Assembly (NCBI RefSeq): GCF_963506605.1 | Contig: NC_083287.1 | Span: 57,722,001-57,786,000 of the forward strand | DNA length: 64,000 nucleotides | Source of the DNA: Zootoca vivipara | Lineage: Eukaryota | Direction: 5' to 3' | The notes under the pieces: model-generated | The model's input: only the letters and a program-made list of their open reading frames with translations | Told to the model about the DNA's origin: nothing | Database searches by the model: none | Part shown: one piece after another, positions 50,690 to 63,139 of the stretch | Position numbering within the stretch: the stretch's first letter is position 1 | Layout of the letters: the number at the start of each line of letters is the position of its first letter | Translations under genes and position numbers: made by a program

Positions 50690-50779
50690 CATAGCTGCCA
50701 AGTTATCCCTTTTTTTAAGGGATTTTCCCTTATGCTGAATAGGCTTCCTCGCGAGAAAAGGGAAAACTTGGCAGCTATG
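50690..50779. mobile_element. 90-bp hAT MITE in the GIMAP 3' UTR
   Basis: TIR CATAGCTGCCAAGTT; TSD CCCACCCT. Confidence 0.9.
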
Positions 50780-50976
50780 CCCACCCTTACTTATGCTGGT
50801 CTATAATAAAGATTTGATTGATTAATGATGGATTGCATCAGTTCATTCCATTTCTGAATCACACGTCAAATCAATTGAACAGGACAAACATAACAATAAA
50901 AGCACATATCAAACTGTTTCACGTATGCAAACAAGGAAAATGAGCTCACATATACGAACCTTATCAAAGCCAGTAC

Positions 50977-51336
50977 TAGGGCTAGGCGATATATTGCCCA
51001 AAACTGGTTTGAAGTCCTTATCGTGATAATCAGTTTCATAATATTTGACCAGGCAATATATTGCAAATCATGGTGCGTGTGTGTGCTATGCAGAAATCAC
51101 AATCTGGGAGAAACCATGAAGCCGGCCAAGGCCTTTTCACATCCATATTTCAGACATTGTGATATATCGGTATATCATGGTGTTTAGCTGGTGATATATG
51201 GCAATGTTGAAAACCAGATATCTGTCCACATCTATATAGCTCCATCCTTATTTCAGACTTTGTGATATATAAATGTATTGCAATGTTTAGCTGGTGATAC
51301 ATTGCAATGATGAAAACTAGATATCGCCCAGCCCTA
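50977..51336. mobile_element. hAT-like MITE
   Basis: TIR TAGGGCTAGGCGATAT/ATATCGCCCAGCCCTA; degenerate 8-bp TSD GCCAGTAC/GCCAATGC. Confidence 0.7.
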
Positions 51337-51791
51337 GCCAATGCACATCAAAATCCCCACTTGTTAATTAATGGGAAGGATCTTGATCTGGGTGGCCAAC
51401 CATAATTATTCCCACTTGACAAATAGGTGATTGGGGCTGACTGCACACGGTCCATTTAAACTGCATGATTTCCCACAGAGAATTATGGGAAATGGAGTTT
51501 GTGAAGGGTGTCTGGGAATTGCTGCTCTGTGAGAGGTGAACTACAGTTCCCAGGATTCCTCAAAGGAAGTCATGTGCTTTTACCGTTTTTTCAATGTGTG
51601 ATGTCTACCACACAATGTGTGATGTGTCCATAAAGAAATTTTGAAAAGAGGAAGAAAAATGGTTTGGGGAGGGTGTGTGTTCTGAACACAGAGAAGCTGG
51701 TGTTTAACCCTTTTGCCTGCACACAATTTACCCTCCCTAAATTCTCCTGATGACAAACAATCATGGTACTGATAGGAATATACAGCAACCG

Positions 51792-52612
51792 GTAGTAGTA
51801 GTAGTAGTAGTAGTAGTAATAATAATAATTTATTTATACCCCACCAACCTGGCTGGGTTTCCCCAGCCACTCTGGGCAGCTCCTAAATGAATATTAAAAA
51901 CAAAATACAGCATTAAACATTAAAAACTTCCCTAAACAGGGCTGCCTTCAGCTGTCTTCTAAAAGTAGGATAGTTGCTTATTGCCTTGACATCTGGTGTT
52001 CCACAAGGTGGGTGCTACTACCAAGAAGGCCCTCTGCCTGGTTCCCTGTAGCATTGCTTCTTGCAGGGAGGAAACCGCCAGAAGGCCCTCGGAGCTGGAC
52101 CTCAGTGTCCAGGCGGAAAGATGGGGGTGGAGATGCTCCTTCAGGTCTACTGAGCCAAGACCATTTAGGGCTTCCAAGGTCAGCACCAACACTGAATTGT
52201 GCTCGGAAACGTACTGGGAGACAATGTAGGTCTTTCAAGACCGGTGTCTAGTTGCCGCATTATGGATTAGTTGTAGTTTCCTGGTCACCTTCAAAGGTAG
52301 CCCCACATAGAGCGCATTGCAGTAGTCCAAGCAAGAGATAAGTAGAGCATGCACCACTCTGGTGAGACAGGTAGGGTTTCATCCTGTGTGCCAGATAGAG
52401 CTGGTAAACAGCTGTCCTGGACACAGAATTGACCTGCGCCTCCATGGACAGCTGTGAGTACAAAATGACTCCTAGGCTGCACACCTGGTCCTTCAGGGGC
52501 AGAGTTACCTCATTCAGGATTAGGGAGTCCCTCACACCCACCAGCCCCCTGTCCCCCCCAAAACAGTACTTTTGTATTGTCAGGATTCAACTTCAATCTG
52601 TTAGCTGCCATC
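51792..52612 (-). mobile_element. L2 LINE 3' fragment
   Basis: Reverse-complement homolog of 58730-59520 with deletions; (TAG)n/(TAA)n tail. Confidence 0.88.
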
Positions 52613-52712
52613 CATCCTACAACCGCATTCCTGCATTGCAGTGGGTTGGACTAGATGATCCTTGGCATCATCCTGGGAACTATTATACAATTCTAAGATT
52701 CTAACTCTAAGG

Positions 52713-52848
52713 CAGGCACCCCCAAACTTCAGCCCTCCAGATGTTTTGGACTACAATTCCCATCTTCCCCGACCACTGGTCCTGTTAGCTAAGGATCATG
52801 GGAGTTGTAGGCCAAAACATTTGGAGGGCTGCAGTTTGGGGATGCCTG
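52713..52848 (-). mobile_element. 136-bp hAT MITE
   Basis: Same TIRs; TSD CTCTAAGG/CTCTAAGA. Confidence 0.9.
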
Positions 52849-53331
52849 CTCTAAGACATAAAATATAGTACAGAAATATTCCTCTCTCTTTTTAAGAGAA
52901 GAAAAGGCCGCTTTCTTCTGAGACAAGCCTCTCCTGCAGGTCTCTTTTCAAGACTTGAGATAAGAAATGGCTTATCAGTTCTGAAGCAGCAAAGCAGTTA
53001 CTCTCTGTGAAGTAGCTCAGCTCTGCTCCAACCTGCAGGTTAGGGAGCAGTTTGCAAATGGGAATGTCCACAAGTTCTTATGAGAGAGGGAAGGGAAACG
53101 TTTCTCTCTCTCTCTGCTCTCTTTCCTCTGCCCACGTGTCCTGAATCGAGCCCAGTGGACTCTGTGGTTTTGGAGAATGCATGTACAGGATTCGGCTGCC
53201 GGCACTTGCAGTCTCCCTCTCCCCCCGGATTTGCTTGCAAAGCCTTTTCCCACCCAACCTGCTGCTATCGCAGGCAGCCAGGGGACGTCCCCTGCTCTGC
53301 TTCAGGAAACCGAATTGATTCTGCCCCGTGA

Positions 53332-53343
53332 ACTTTCATTTTC
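53332..53343 (+). promoter_or_regulatory. ISRE-like element upstream of the GIMAP pseudogene
   Basis: ACTTTCATTTTC, identical to 45591-45602. Confidence 0.4.
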
Positions 53344-56300
53344 AGCTCCGAGCAAAAGTTCGTCTCACAAGCCGGACGATTTCAGGGAGAGCGGAGGAAG
53401 GAGCAGCAGGCAGAGAAGAGCAGAAATAGGAAAAATCCACAGATGACAAAACTTCCCTAAGCAGGGCTGCCTTCATAATATTAAAATACAATAAAAGATT
53501 AAAATACAATAATTCATCAAATATTAAAAACTTCCCTAAACAGGACTGCCTTCATAATTTGCACTTCTCTGAATTTTGTGGTGCAGGTCTTCAGCCAAAC
53601 GTTTATGAAAATGCAAAAGCAGGGCAGTATGTGAAATAAAATACATATATTACTAAAAAGAAAATTTTTAAAAATGCATGCAATGTGTTGGGGGAAATTG
53701 TTTGCAAGAACGTGTACATAGCGTGCCAAGAGTTGAGTCCGGGGAAGAGCCCACCCGTCGGTCGGAGCGCTGCAACGGGCTCTTCTGCTGCGGGTGGCTC
53801 TGTGCTGCAAGTTCGGGGGCGACCAGGCCAGGAACTCCTGCATGCCTAGGACTGGGCAACCGGGGGGGGGGGATCTTTGCACCCCGGCGCCGCATATGCT
53901 TATCCCTGGTCCGACAGGAACCAGATATCTTACATCGGGTTTTGGTAGGAGGGAATCGCTGCTATTTTATTCTCAGAGTGGTGAAATATATTTTATATCA
54001 GCAAAGCTCTTTGAAACCTCAGGAGGCGAGAGGGCTCCCGTGCTCAGATTCTTCTTGTGGTTTCCCGTTGGAGCATCTGTTTAGCCACTGTGAGAAGATG
54101 ATGTTAGACCCAATGGGCCATTGGTCTCATCCAGCAGGCTCTTCCTATGCTCTTCTGTTCAATCAAGTTGGGTATTTTATTGTGTCTTCAGTACAGTATT
54201 AATTATGGCATATTCTGGGTTGTGTAGGGATGGACCTGCTCTGAGACCTTTGGGTAGGCTACCGAAAATATGACACATTTTTTATTTATTTATTTATTTA
54301 GATCCCAGTTCCCTCCCCCCTTTGCCCCATTGAGCTCAGTGCAGCGCACCTGGTCCTCCTCTTCCTCATTTGATCCCCACAACAACCCTGTCAGGTAGGT
54401 TAGGCAGAGAGGCAGCGACTGGCCCCCAAGGCCACACCCAGTGAGCTTCAGGGATTTGAACCCTGGTCTTAGGCCAACATTCTAACCACTACACCACACA
54501 AGCATTTGCAGGGAGGATTAAGAAAGTGGGAAGGGAAGCAAGCACACACAACCCACATCTAGTCCCAACACACACACACACACACACACAAGGCTCCAAG
54601 GCAGGAAGCCAAGTCCAAATGAAAGGAATCCTAGAATCTGAGAGTCGGAAGGGACCCCGAGGGTCATCCAGTCCAACCTCCTGCAATGTAGGAATTTCTG
54701 TTCAGTGGCTTCAGGCTGCTTTCCGGAGGCGCGCGGGCCTGGGGCCGCCTCCGCCGCGCACAGGGGCGTCGCAACAGGGGGCGCGCAGCACCCCCTGGCC
54801 CAGGGCTGGCCCTATGGCCAGGCTGGGTTGCACAGGGCTCCGGCCCTCCAGGCGGCAGCTGCGCAGTGAGCTGCGCCCGCCATGCTGGGAAACGGGGCGG
54901 GGTGGGGGCACCAGAGGGATCTGTCACACCACGGTGTCAGGGCTCTGAAAACACCACTCCCATCCATTTACGGCTAGCCACCCCCCTGAAAAACCCCTTT
55001 GGGCCCCTCTTTCCCTCCTCCAGGTCCCCTTGAAGCCTTGCCAGTTCCCACCCTATATATCTGGGATGGGGAAGGAGCTCAGAGGTCTGCTAGTCCTGGG
55101 GGGCCATCCCCCCGTGGCCTGGGAGGATACTGGGGACCCCCCCAAGCTGAGAGCCTCAAAGAAGAGGAAGAAGCTGCCACCGCCGCCTCCCTATCGCAAG
55201 GGAGCAAAAGATGGGAAAGGGGGGGTGCAGCACAGGCGAGCGAGCCCCCCCCAGCTGCGACCCTACGGCGGCGACAGCGGCTCCCCCGCCCTCAACGCCC
55301 CTCTCTCGGCAGGGGCAGCAAGGGAGAGCGGCTGGGGGGCGCATTGCAAAGAAGGAAAACAGCAGCCAATGCCTGGAGAGGGCAATGCACGCAATGCACG
55401 CAGGGGGAGCGGAGAGCTGTGCCGCCCCCCCAAGGCAGCTCCTTTCCTATTGCTGGGGGTGGGGGGGCAGCGATGAAGGGTCACTGCCACTGGGCTACTC
55501 CTGCCGCCGGCAATCCGGCGCAAACACCCACACACAGCTTCCTTGCAGCAGCCACGACTACCGCCTTCGGGCGCCGCCCCCCAGTCCTCCTTTGCGGGCT
55601 TCTGCCCGCCGAAGCTGAACTGGCTCCTGTTAGTGCATTTCCTCTCCTGGCCCAGGAGGAGTCTCAGTAGCAACTCCTAACTCAGGGGGGGTAGGGGTGT
55701 GCGGAGGGGGGAAGGGGCGATTCCCAGCCCGCGGCGCCGACGATCGCAGTGCAGCCTACCGGGAGGCAGAGCGCAGCAGCAGCTGCAACCAATGCAGGGA
55801 GCCGCGTCTCCTTCACTTGCCAGCCCAGCAGAACTCTTAGGCAGGATAGGTTGCCGCCCGGCAGGGCTTTCCATTGGGAGGCGCGAAGGCTTTAGTGGGC
55901 GGGAATTGGTGTAAATGTAGGCAGGGCGGGCTGAGAGGAGGAGCCGCCGCCGAGGAGCCATAGCACCAGCAGCGTTTCCTCCCCCCTCCCCTCCCGTGTC
56001 AACAAGTGGGGCGCCTGTGCAGGGTATTTGCTTCCCTAGTCGGGCCCGCGGTTTGGTCTTCTGGGGGGGCAGCTGCACCCCCCTGCCCCATGCTGGGTAC
56101 ACCCATGAATCCTTGCCTCTGTAGCCACTACATAAATACCACTGAGACTTCCTTCTGTAGCCTTAGATTCAGTCTGCATGCAGCGTGCCCCGGGAGGAAG
56201 AAGGAGTCAAGAGACACCAGGGCTTTCTAGAGAAAAAGCTTTATTTTCGCAATGCCAGGCAGTGCAAAAAGGTGCTGCGTGTATTCAGAGCAGGCACACC

Positions 56301-57422
56301 TCCACAGAGTTTGCTGCCTCTTTTTATACCCTTATCCATATCCTCTTTTGCAAAACCTCGTCACAGACACGTTGCATGACTTGGCTCATGTTCTACCTAC
56401 GCGGCGTTGTGGTCAGCTCATGCTGGGAATCGATTCACTGTGGTTTAGCAATGGGTTTTAGCAATGGGTTTTGTCATTTCAGCAAGATATTTCTTTGTAC
56501 GTGACTTCGCTGCTTTGGCCAAATGGAGTCAGGCTTATATGCCTCCTACACTTCGGGATTTTGCCGTCCAGTATCCCAAACGGGAAAGATTTGGGCCTCT
56601 TGGGGAAAGTTCCTTTAATGTTTTTCTTAATCTTAATTGGGTAACTGACCGTGGGCCAATTTGGAAATGGACTTGATCCTGGTGGCAATTCTTGGGCCTG
56701 CTAATACCTTTTTACCTTTTACCTTTTATATCTATCTATCTAATGCAGTGGTTATTAACCTGTGTGGCACCCTGGGGTGATTTGAGGAACGTTCAGGGGG
56801 GGCCAGGGGGCTGTCTTTTTATTAACTTGCAGTCCATTATCTTCCTGCATGTTTATCTTCTTAAAAAAAACCAAAAAAACAAAAATCCTCTCCAGCTTCA
56901 GTAACTAACCTTTCCTTAGTTTTGCACAGAGGGCGTGAGGAATGCAAGGAAATAGGAAAGAAGGTTGATGGTGTGTGTGCTTAGATGTGTGTGCGCCCTA
57001 AAAGGAGGGATTTTAAAATAACCCTGAAAGTGAGGCGTATCTTCTGTGCTTCTCTTTCCTTCTACCCCCAACACCCCTCCCCTTTTTTTTTCTCTCCCTC
57101 TCCCCCCAGGAAACCTCCCCCACCTGCTCAAGAGCCAATAAGCTTCACTTCCAGTTTCCTGCCATGGGTTTGGGCTCCTTTTCCAGGACCCCGGACCCCA
57201 GTAGTGCAGGTATTCAGGGGTAATATGGGGGTAATTATTCCTGCCGAACCCCCCAGGGTTGGGGGGGGGATTGGCCACCACCCGCAGGTTGTCCAATAAC
57301 TGCCACTCACTGCAGAATATGGGGGCAGGGACGCAGGGTGCTATTCTATGTTTGAATGTCAAATCATAAATGTACAATTATTTTATAAATTATTTAAAAA
57401 GAAAGAAAAGGAACAGGGAGGA

Positions 57423-58193
57423 ATGGGGGACTCCCCCACCCCGGGGGATCCAATGAAAGAAGGTGGTTGGTCAAGGGAGCTGTGGGCTCGAACAGGTTGA
57501 AAAGCGCTTCTCTGACGTGATCTTTCTAATTCACAGGGGAGAAGGAAGAATCAGAATTGTGTATCGTCCTTCTTGGCAAGGCTGGCGTGGGAAAAAGTGC
57601 CACAGGGAACACCCTCCTCGGACGGGAGAGATTTCGCTCAGCTTTTTCAGCAAAGCCAACAACTCAGAAGGTTGAGAAGGAGAGTGGGGAATTTGAGGGC
57701 CAGAAGTTTTCTGTGATTGACCCGCCCACTGTCTCTAGTTCAGAATCTAGTTCACTGTCTCTAGTTCAGAATCTCTCGCAAAACACAAGCAAAACACAAG
57801 CGAGGGATCAAAAAACCCTGCAAGTCCAGTCCTTATGTTCTGGTCTTTGTGATCACCGTGGGCTGTTTCACTCTGGAAGACAAGAAAACTGCTAAAAAGG
57901 TCAAGAAGGTGTTTGGGAAGAATTTCGGGAAGCGCGTGGTTGTCTTGTTCACCCACAAAGAGGATTTGAAAGGTGAATCCTTGGAGGGCTATGTGGAGAA
58001 GTCCGAAAATGAGGCGCTCCTGAAACTGGTTAAGGATTGTAGGAATCACTACTTTGCTTTGAATAACAAGGCAGCTGGAGAAGAGAAGGAGGAGGTTTCC
58101 AGGCTGATGGAAAATCTCCAGCAGATGCTTCCCGAGGATGGATCAGGGCCCTGCAGAGAAAAAGGGAAAGAGGGAGAAAGGGGAAAGAATTGA
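57423..58193 (+). pseudogene. GIMAP: GIMAP pseudogene; join(57423..57462,57537..58193) with frameshift
   Basis: ELCIVLLGKAGVGKSATGNTLLG and VGCFTLED..FTHKEDL..LNN lie in different frames. 26-bp and 11-bp duplications at 57727-57800 explain the shift. Confidence 0.88.
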
Positions 58194-58217
58194 AGGCTGC
58201 TCTTATATCATCTAGTT

Positions 58218-58354
58218 CAGGCACCCCCAAACTGTGGCCCTCCAGATGTTTTGGCCTACAACTCCCCATGATCCCTAGCTAAGAGGACCAGAGGTCGGGG
58301 AAGATGGGAATTGTAGTCCAAAACATCTGGAGGGCCGAAGTTTGGGGATGCCTA
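58218..58354 (+). mobile_element. 136-bp-family hAT MITE
   Basis: Same TIRs; TSD ATCTAGTT. Confidence 0.9.
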
Positions 58355-58484
58355 ATCTAGTTTATAGTGTTTCGCTTCTTTCTAAAATATGTGGGGCTTC
58401 CCTTGTGCCTAATCTGGAAGTTGCAATGAGTGCAGGATACTACCATTGTTGACAGCAGCAAGTAGCTCTTTCCTCCTGGGCCGT

Positions 58485-59519
58485 GTTCATAAAGTGGTGG
58501 TGGGGGATGAGTGCTTAGACCCCTGGGCTCTCACTTGTGGGGTGCCTCAGGGTTCTGTCCTCTCCCCCATGCTTTTTAACATCTATATGCAGCTTGGAGA
58601 GATCCTCAGGGGGTTTGGGATGGGTGTCCAACAGTATGCGGATGATACCCAGCTCTACCTCTCTTTCAAATCAGAACCAGTGAAGGCGGTGAAGGTCCTG
58701 TGTGAGTGCCTGGAGGCGGTTGGAGGTTGGATGGCGGCTAACAGATTGAGGTTGAATCCTGACAAGACAGAAGTGCTGTTTGTGGGGGACAGGAGGCGGG
58801 CGGGTGTGGGGGACTCCCTGGTCCTGAATGGGGTAACTGTGCCCCTGAAGGACCAGGTGCGCAGCCTGGGAGTAATTTTGGACTCACAGCTGTCCATGGA
58901 GGCGCAGGTTAATTCTGTATCCAGGGCAACTGTTTATCAGCTCCACCTGGTACGCAGGCTGAGACCCTACCTGCCTGCGGACTGTCTAGCCAGAGTGGTG
59001 CATGCTCTAGTTATATCCCGCTTGGACTACTGCAATGCGCTCTACGTGGGGCTACCTTTGAAGGTGACCCGGAAACTACAATTAATCCAGAATGCAGCAG
59101 CTAGACTGGTGGCTGGGAGCAGCCGCCGAGACCACATAACACCGGTCTTGAAAGACCTGCATTGGCTCCCAGTACGTTTCCGAGCACAATTCAAAGTGTT
59201 GGTGCTGACCTTTAAAGCCCTAAATGGCCTCAGTCCAGTATACCTGAAGGAGCATCTCCACCCCCATCATTCTGCGAGAAGCCAAGTTGCAGGGAACCAG
59301 GCAGAGGGCCTTCTCGGTAGTGGCACCCGCCCTGTGGAACGCCCTCCCACCAGATGTCAAAAAGAAAAATAACTACCAGACTTTAAGAGGACATCTGAAG
59401 GCAGCCCTGTTTAGGGAAGCTTTTAATCTTTAAGAAATTCGTGTATTTTAATATTTCTGTTGGAAGCCGCTCAGAGTGGCTGGGGAAACCCAGCCAGATG
59501 GGCGGGGTATAAATAATAA

Positions 59520-59569
<50 letters not shown>
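58485..59569 (+). mobile_element. L2 LINE, 5'-truncated, RT C-terminal half
   Basis: GVPQGSVLSPMLFNIYM, QYADDTQLY, SRLDYCN, LHWLP; (TTA)n tail. Confidence 0.95.
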
Positions 59570-59900
59570 GACGCCTGAGCTCAGAGACCTACCCTGGCTG
59601 CCGATTTGCTGCCAGGCCAAGTTCAAGGAGTTGCTCTCAAGATATTAAGTCCTTGACAGTTTGGGAGCAGTTTAGCCCTGAGATCGCCTGACCCCACATG
59701 TGGTCTCTGGACGGCTTCGATTGGCAGAATGGGCCCAGTTACGGGTGCCACCTAATATCTCTTCTGCATTGATAAGAAATCGTTCTTTCGGTGTGGCGGC
59801 ACGAAGACTCCCTGCCTATTGACCTCAGGCACTGCAACTTCGCTAAGTTTTTTTTGCCACCTGCGAAAAACATTTTTGTTTAAACAAGGCTACTCACATA

Positions 59901-62264
59901 CAGTGCTACCTCGGTTTATGAACACAATTGGTTCCGGAAGTCTGTTCATAAACTGAAGCGTTCATAAACTGAAGCGCACTTTCCCATCGAAAGTAATGGA
60001 AAGTGGATTACTCTGTTCCAGACGGTCCACGGAGTACTTAAACTGAAGCGTTCATAAACTGAAGCGAACTTTCCCATTGAAAGTAATGGAAAGTGGATTA
60101 ATCCATTCCAGATGGGTCCACGGCGTTCGTAAACCGAAAATTCGTAAACCGAGGTGTTCATAAACCGAGGGAGTTTATGGGTCCGCGGAGTACTCAACCT
60201 GAAGCGTACATAACCCGAAGCATGGGTGTAATTGGTTCTGGAAGTCTATTCATAAACTGAAGCGTTCATAAACTGAAGCAAACTTTCCCATTGAAAGTAA
60301 TGGAAAGTGAATTAATCCGTTCCAGATGGGTCCAGTAGACTTCCGGTCTACTGCTAGCGCCGATCGGCGGGGTCTGTTTCAAGCTCTGAGACAGCCCGGC
60401 TCTGCGAGGGGGGGGGGGAAGCCGCGAAAGCGCCGCGGCTGCCCAAAAGAGCCCCATATTGAACTTTATGGGGACGAAGTGATTTGCAGTGCCCAGATCC
60501 CGACTCCCCTACTCACCGGAAAGCTCGAGGAGAGCCCCGGGAAGATCGGGGTGGTAGTCGTGGGGGCCATCTTAAGCTCCATCGTTACCCTCGCAGCAGC
60601 GAAGCTTCGTGCTGGCGGCGGAACGCAGTGGATTCTTTCGTTACAAATGACATCAATTTGGAAACCGTGAGTAAAAGATTATAAGAAGAGTTTAAAAATT
60701 TGAAAGATTTGGCCACGGATGAGGTTAAAAAAGGAAGTCGACCTCTCCTAATTGTGAGACTGTGATACAGTAAACAGATCCCCTGTCGGGAAGAGAAGGA
60801 AGCAACTAATTTATTAACAATTGGACTTTGAGCCCTTTGAAGCCAGGTCCAGGGCTCCGGAGGCCTCGGCGATTGACTTTGAGGTTTTGAAATTACAAAT
60901 TTATACAAGTGATTGGATTGAGGACAAAGTAACCAGATCGGGCAAAAATGGATTACAATGTTTCGGAATAAACCCTCCGCCATTTCCTGCAGTGGGGCTG
61001 GTGGGTTTCCCACGGGAATAGAACAGACAAGATGGCTTCAGACCCAGCAGCTGGAAAAGAACAATTTTGGCAAAGAATATTCGCAGAGCTGCGTGACATA
61101 AAAAAAAAGGACTGAATGTTTACACCAACTTACTGCGGGAATGCGCTTCGTCGCTGGACTACAATGAACAATCAACAGAGGTGAACAGAGAAAGCAGCAT
61201 GGAAAGAAGAATTAATACAGAAGTTGAAAGATTGGATGTGGAGGATATAAAGAAAGCACCAACACTGAACAATTTAATGATACAGGAAGAATTGACACAA
61301 CAGGAAGAGGAAGAAGAAGAAGAATGGCAGTATGTTCCACAAGTGAGAGATGTGGAACAGAAAAAGGATTGGACTCAAAATCTCCTCAAAGATGAACCAG
61401 AGAGGGCTCCTGTCCTCCTAGTGAGAGAGGGAGGGCAGGGCGTCCCCTGGGAAGGTAGACAGAAAGGTACAGGTGGGAAACTGCAGAAGTGGGAGGAAAG
61501 GTTTTTGTGGAAACTGTGGGAAAGGGTGGGAGTGGGTTAATAGATTTTGAATGTGGTTAGAGATGGATGATTGAAATGGCCTGACACTGGTATGTTATAT
61601 GGACTTTCGCTACAATCTTCTGGAAAATCTGGACCTGGGGGGGAGGGGGAGTAATGTTATAATGGTTTGTAGCAATTTATGATTTAAGAATTAATATTAG
61701 AATGATGATTGGTTGTTAATAAAAATTATAGGCAGAAGGGAAAAAGTTATATAATGAAGAAAGGGAATTAGAAGTATAGGATTTGGGGTTAGAAATAAGA
61801 ATAGAGATTTGAGAAAATGTGTAAAATTGGCATAATTACAATGAATACTGTCTAAACAATATTCAAATAGGGACCCAAGGGGGGGGAGGTTGAGGGAGTC
61901 CAAAAGGTGTTTGATTAAGATTTAGATATTGTTTTTTGATATTGTTTTGTTTTGTTTTTGTTTTTGTGTTTTTTGCATTTTTTCTTGCTTTTTTGTATTT
62001 TTTTGTATTTTTGTATTGTGCAAGTGTGTGTATCTGTATGTTTTGTATTTCTGTATGTGTGTGTTGGAAAATCTTCAATAAATTCATTAAAAAAAAAAAG
62101 TAATTGGTTCCGGAAGTCTATTCGTAAACTGAAGCGTTCATAAACTGAAGCAAACTTTCCCATTGAAAGTAATGGAAAGTGAATTAATCCGTTCCAGATG
62201 GGTCCACGGCGTTCGTAAACCGAAAATTCATAAACCGAGGTGTTCATAAACCGAGGTTCCACTG
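59901..62264. mobile_element. Tigger/pogo-like MITE with internal repeats, hosting a nested LINE-like element
   Basis: TA|CAGTGCTACCTCGGTTTATGAAC...GTTCATAAACCGAGGTTCCACTG|TA. Confidence 0.75.
60335..62099 (+). mobile_element. Non-autonomous L1/Tx1-like retroelement (CpG-rich 5' end, ORF1-like remnant, 3' UTR, AATAAA and polyA; no RT)
   Basis: GC-rich start, charged coiled-coil-like ORF at 61181-61540, G-rich then T-rich 3' UTR, polyA ending at 62099. Family assignment is inferred. Confidence 0.6.
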
Positions 62265-63139
62265 TACTTACAATGCTGGTTTTAATTTGTGGCTGTTTTC
62301 ATTGTTATTAATCACAATCCTGTTGTTTTATTCTTTTGGTAAAGTGCTTTGAGGTTTTCTGCGATTGAGACCTCAAGGAATTTTATGAAAATAATAACAT
62401 AACTGTCCGCAGTTCCCTAAAGCCCTCATAGAAGTGGATAGATCAATCCAGTACTCTCAGTGTCTCATTTTCCCCATCTTAAACTCTGTGGAAATGCATT
62501 ATTTTTATTTTTGAACCATTATGAAAGTTCAGCTGTATTTTTGTGTCAATTTCTCCTAACCTTTGTAAATTACATACATGCTTTTGCAAGACACTTGAAA
62601 TAAACAAATACACTGTTCCTAATAAAATGCATCTTTGTATGTCCTTTTCACAATTATATGTGTTCTTGTGAACTCCGGCTGGAGAACTGCGTCACAAATT
62701 CCACAAAGCGAGGATTTCAGAGATTGGCTGTGTTTCATTTTGCTTTGGAAAGCAGAAATTTATTATTTCCACCTTTCATAGAATCATAGAATCGTAGAGT
62801 TGGAAGAGAGCACAAGGGTCATCCAGTCCAACCCCCTGCCGAGCAGGAAACACCATCAAAGCATTCTTGACATGGGAAAGCATTCTTTCATGGGAAGCTG
62901 GGTCAAATGGCCACTGACCATTTTGGATCAGGGGGTACATTTTGAATTAGGATAGAGCGTGGTGGGAGGCGGTAGTCATAAAATTGCTGGCAGGGGTGTG
63001 GGGCAGAGCACAATGGGGCTGCCATGGGGAGGGCAAGTCAGAACACAAAGTTAGAGAGCGTCCAGTCATTGCTGCTTCAGTCTCTCTCCCCACCGCCCAA
63101 TCTTATGCTTGCCCTGGGAAGCCTGCTATCTCCTGACTG

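Noticed and set aside
54999-56102. GC-rich ORFs / possible gene promoter
   Set aside because: No recognisable domain; more likely the 5' part of a retroelement, but it cannot be classified by eye.
59925-60334. Repeated units resembling a CRISPR array
   Set aside because: Eukaryotic context, no unique spacers; these are internal repeats of a TA-flanked MITE.
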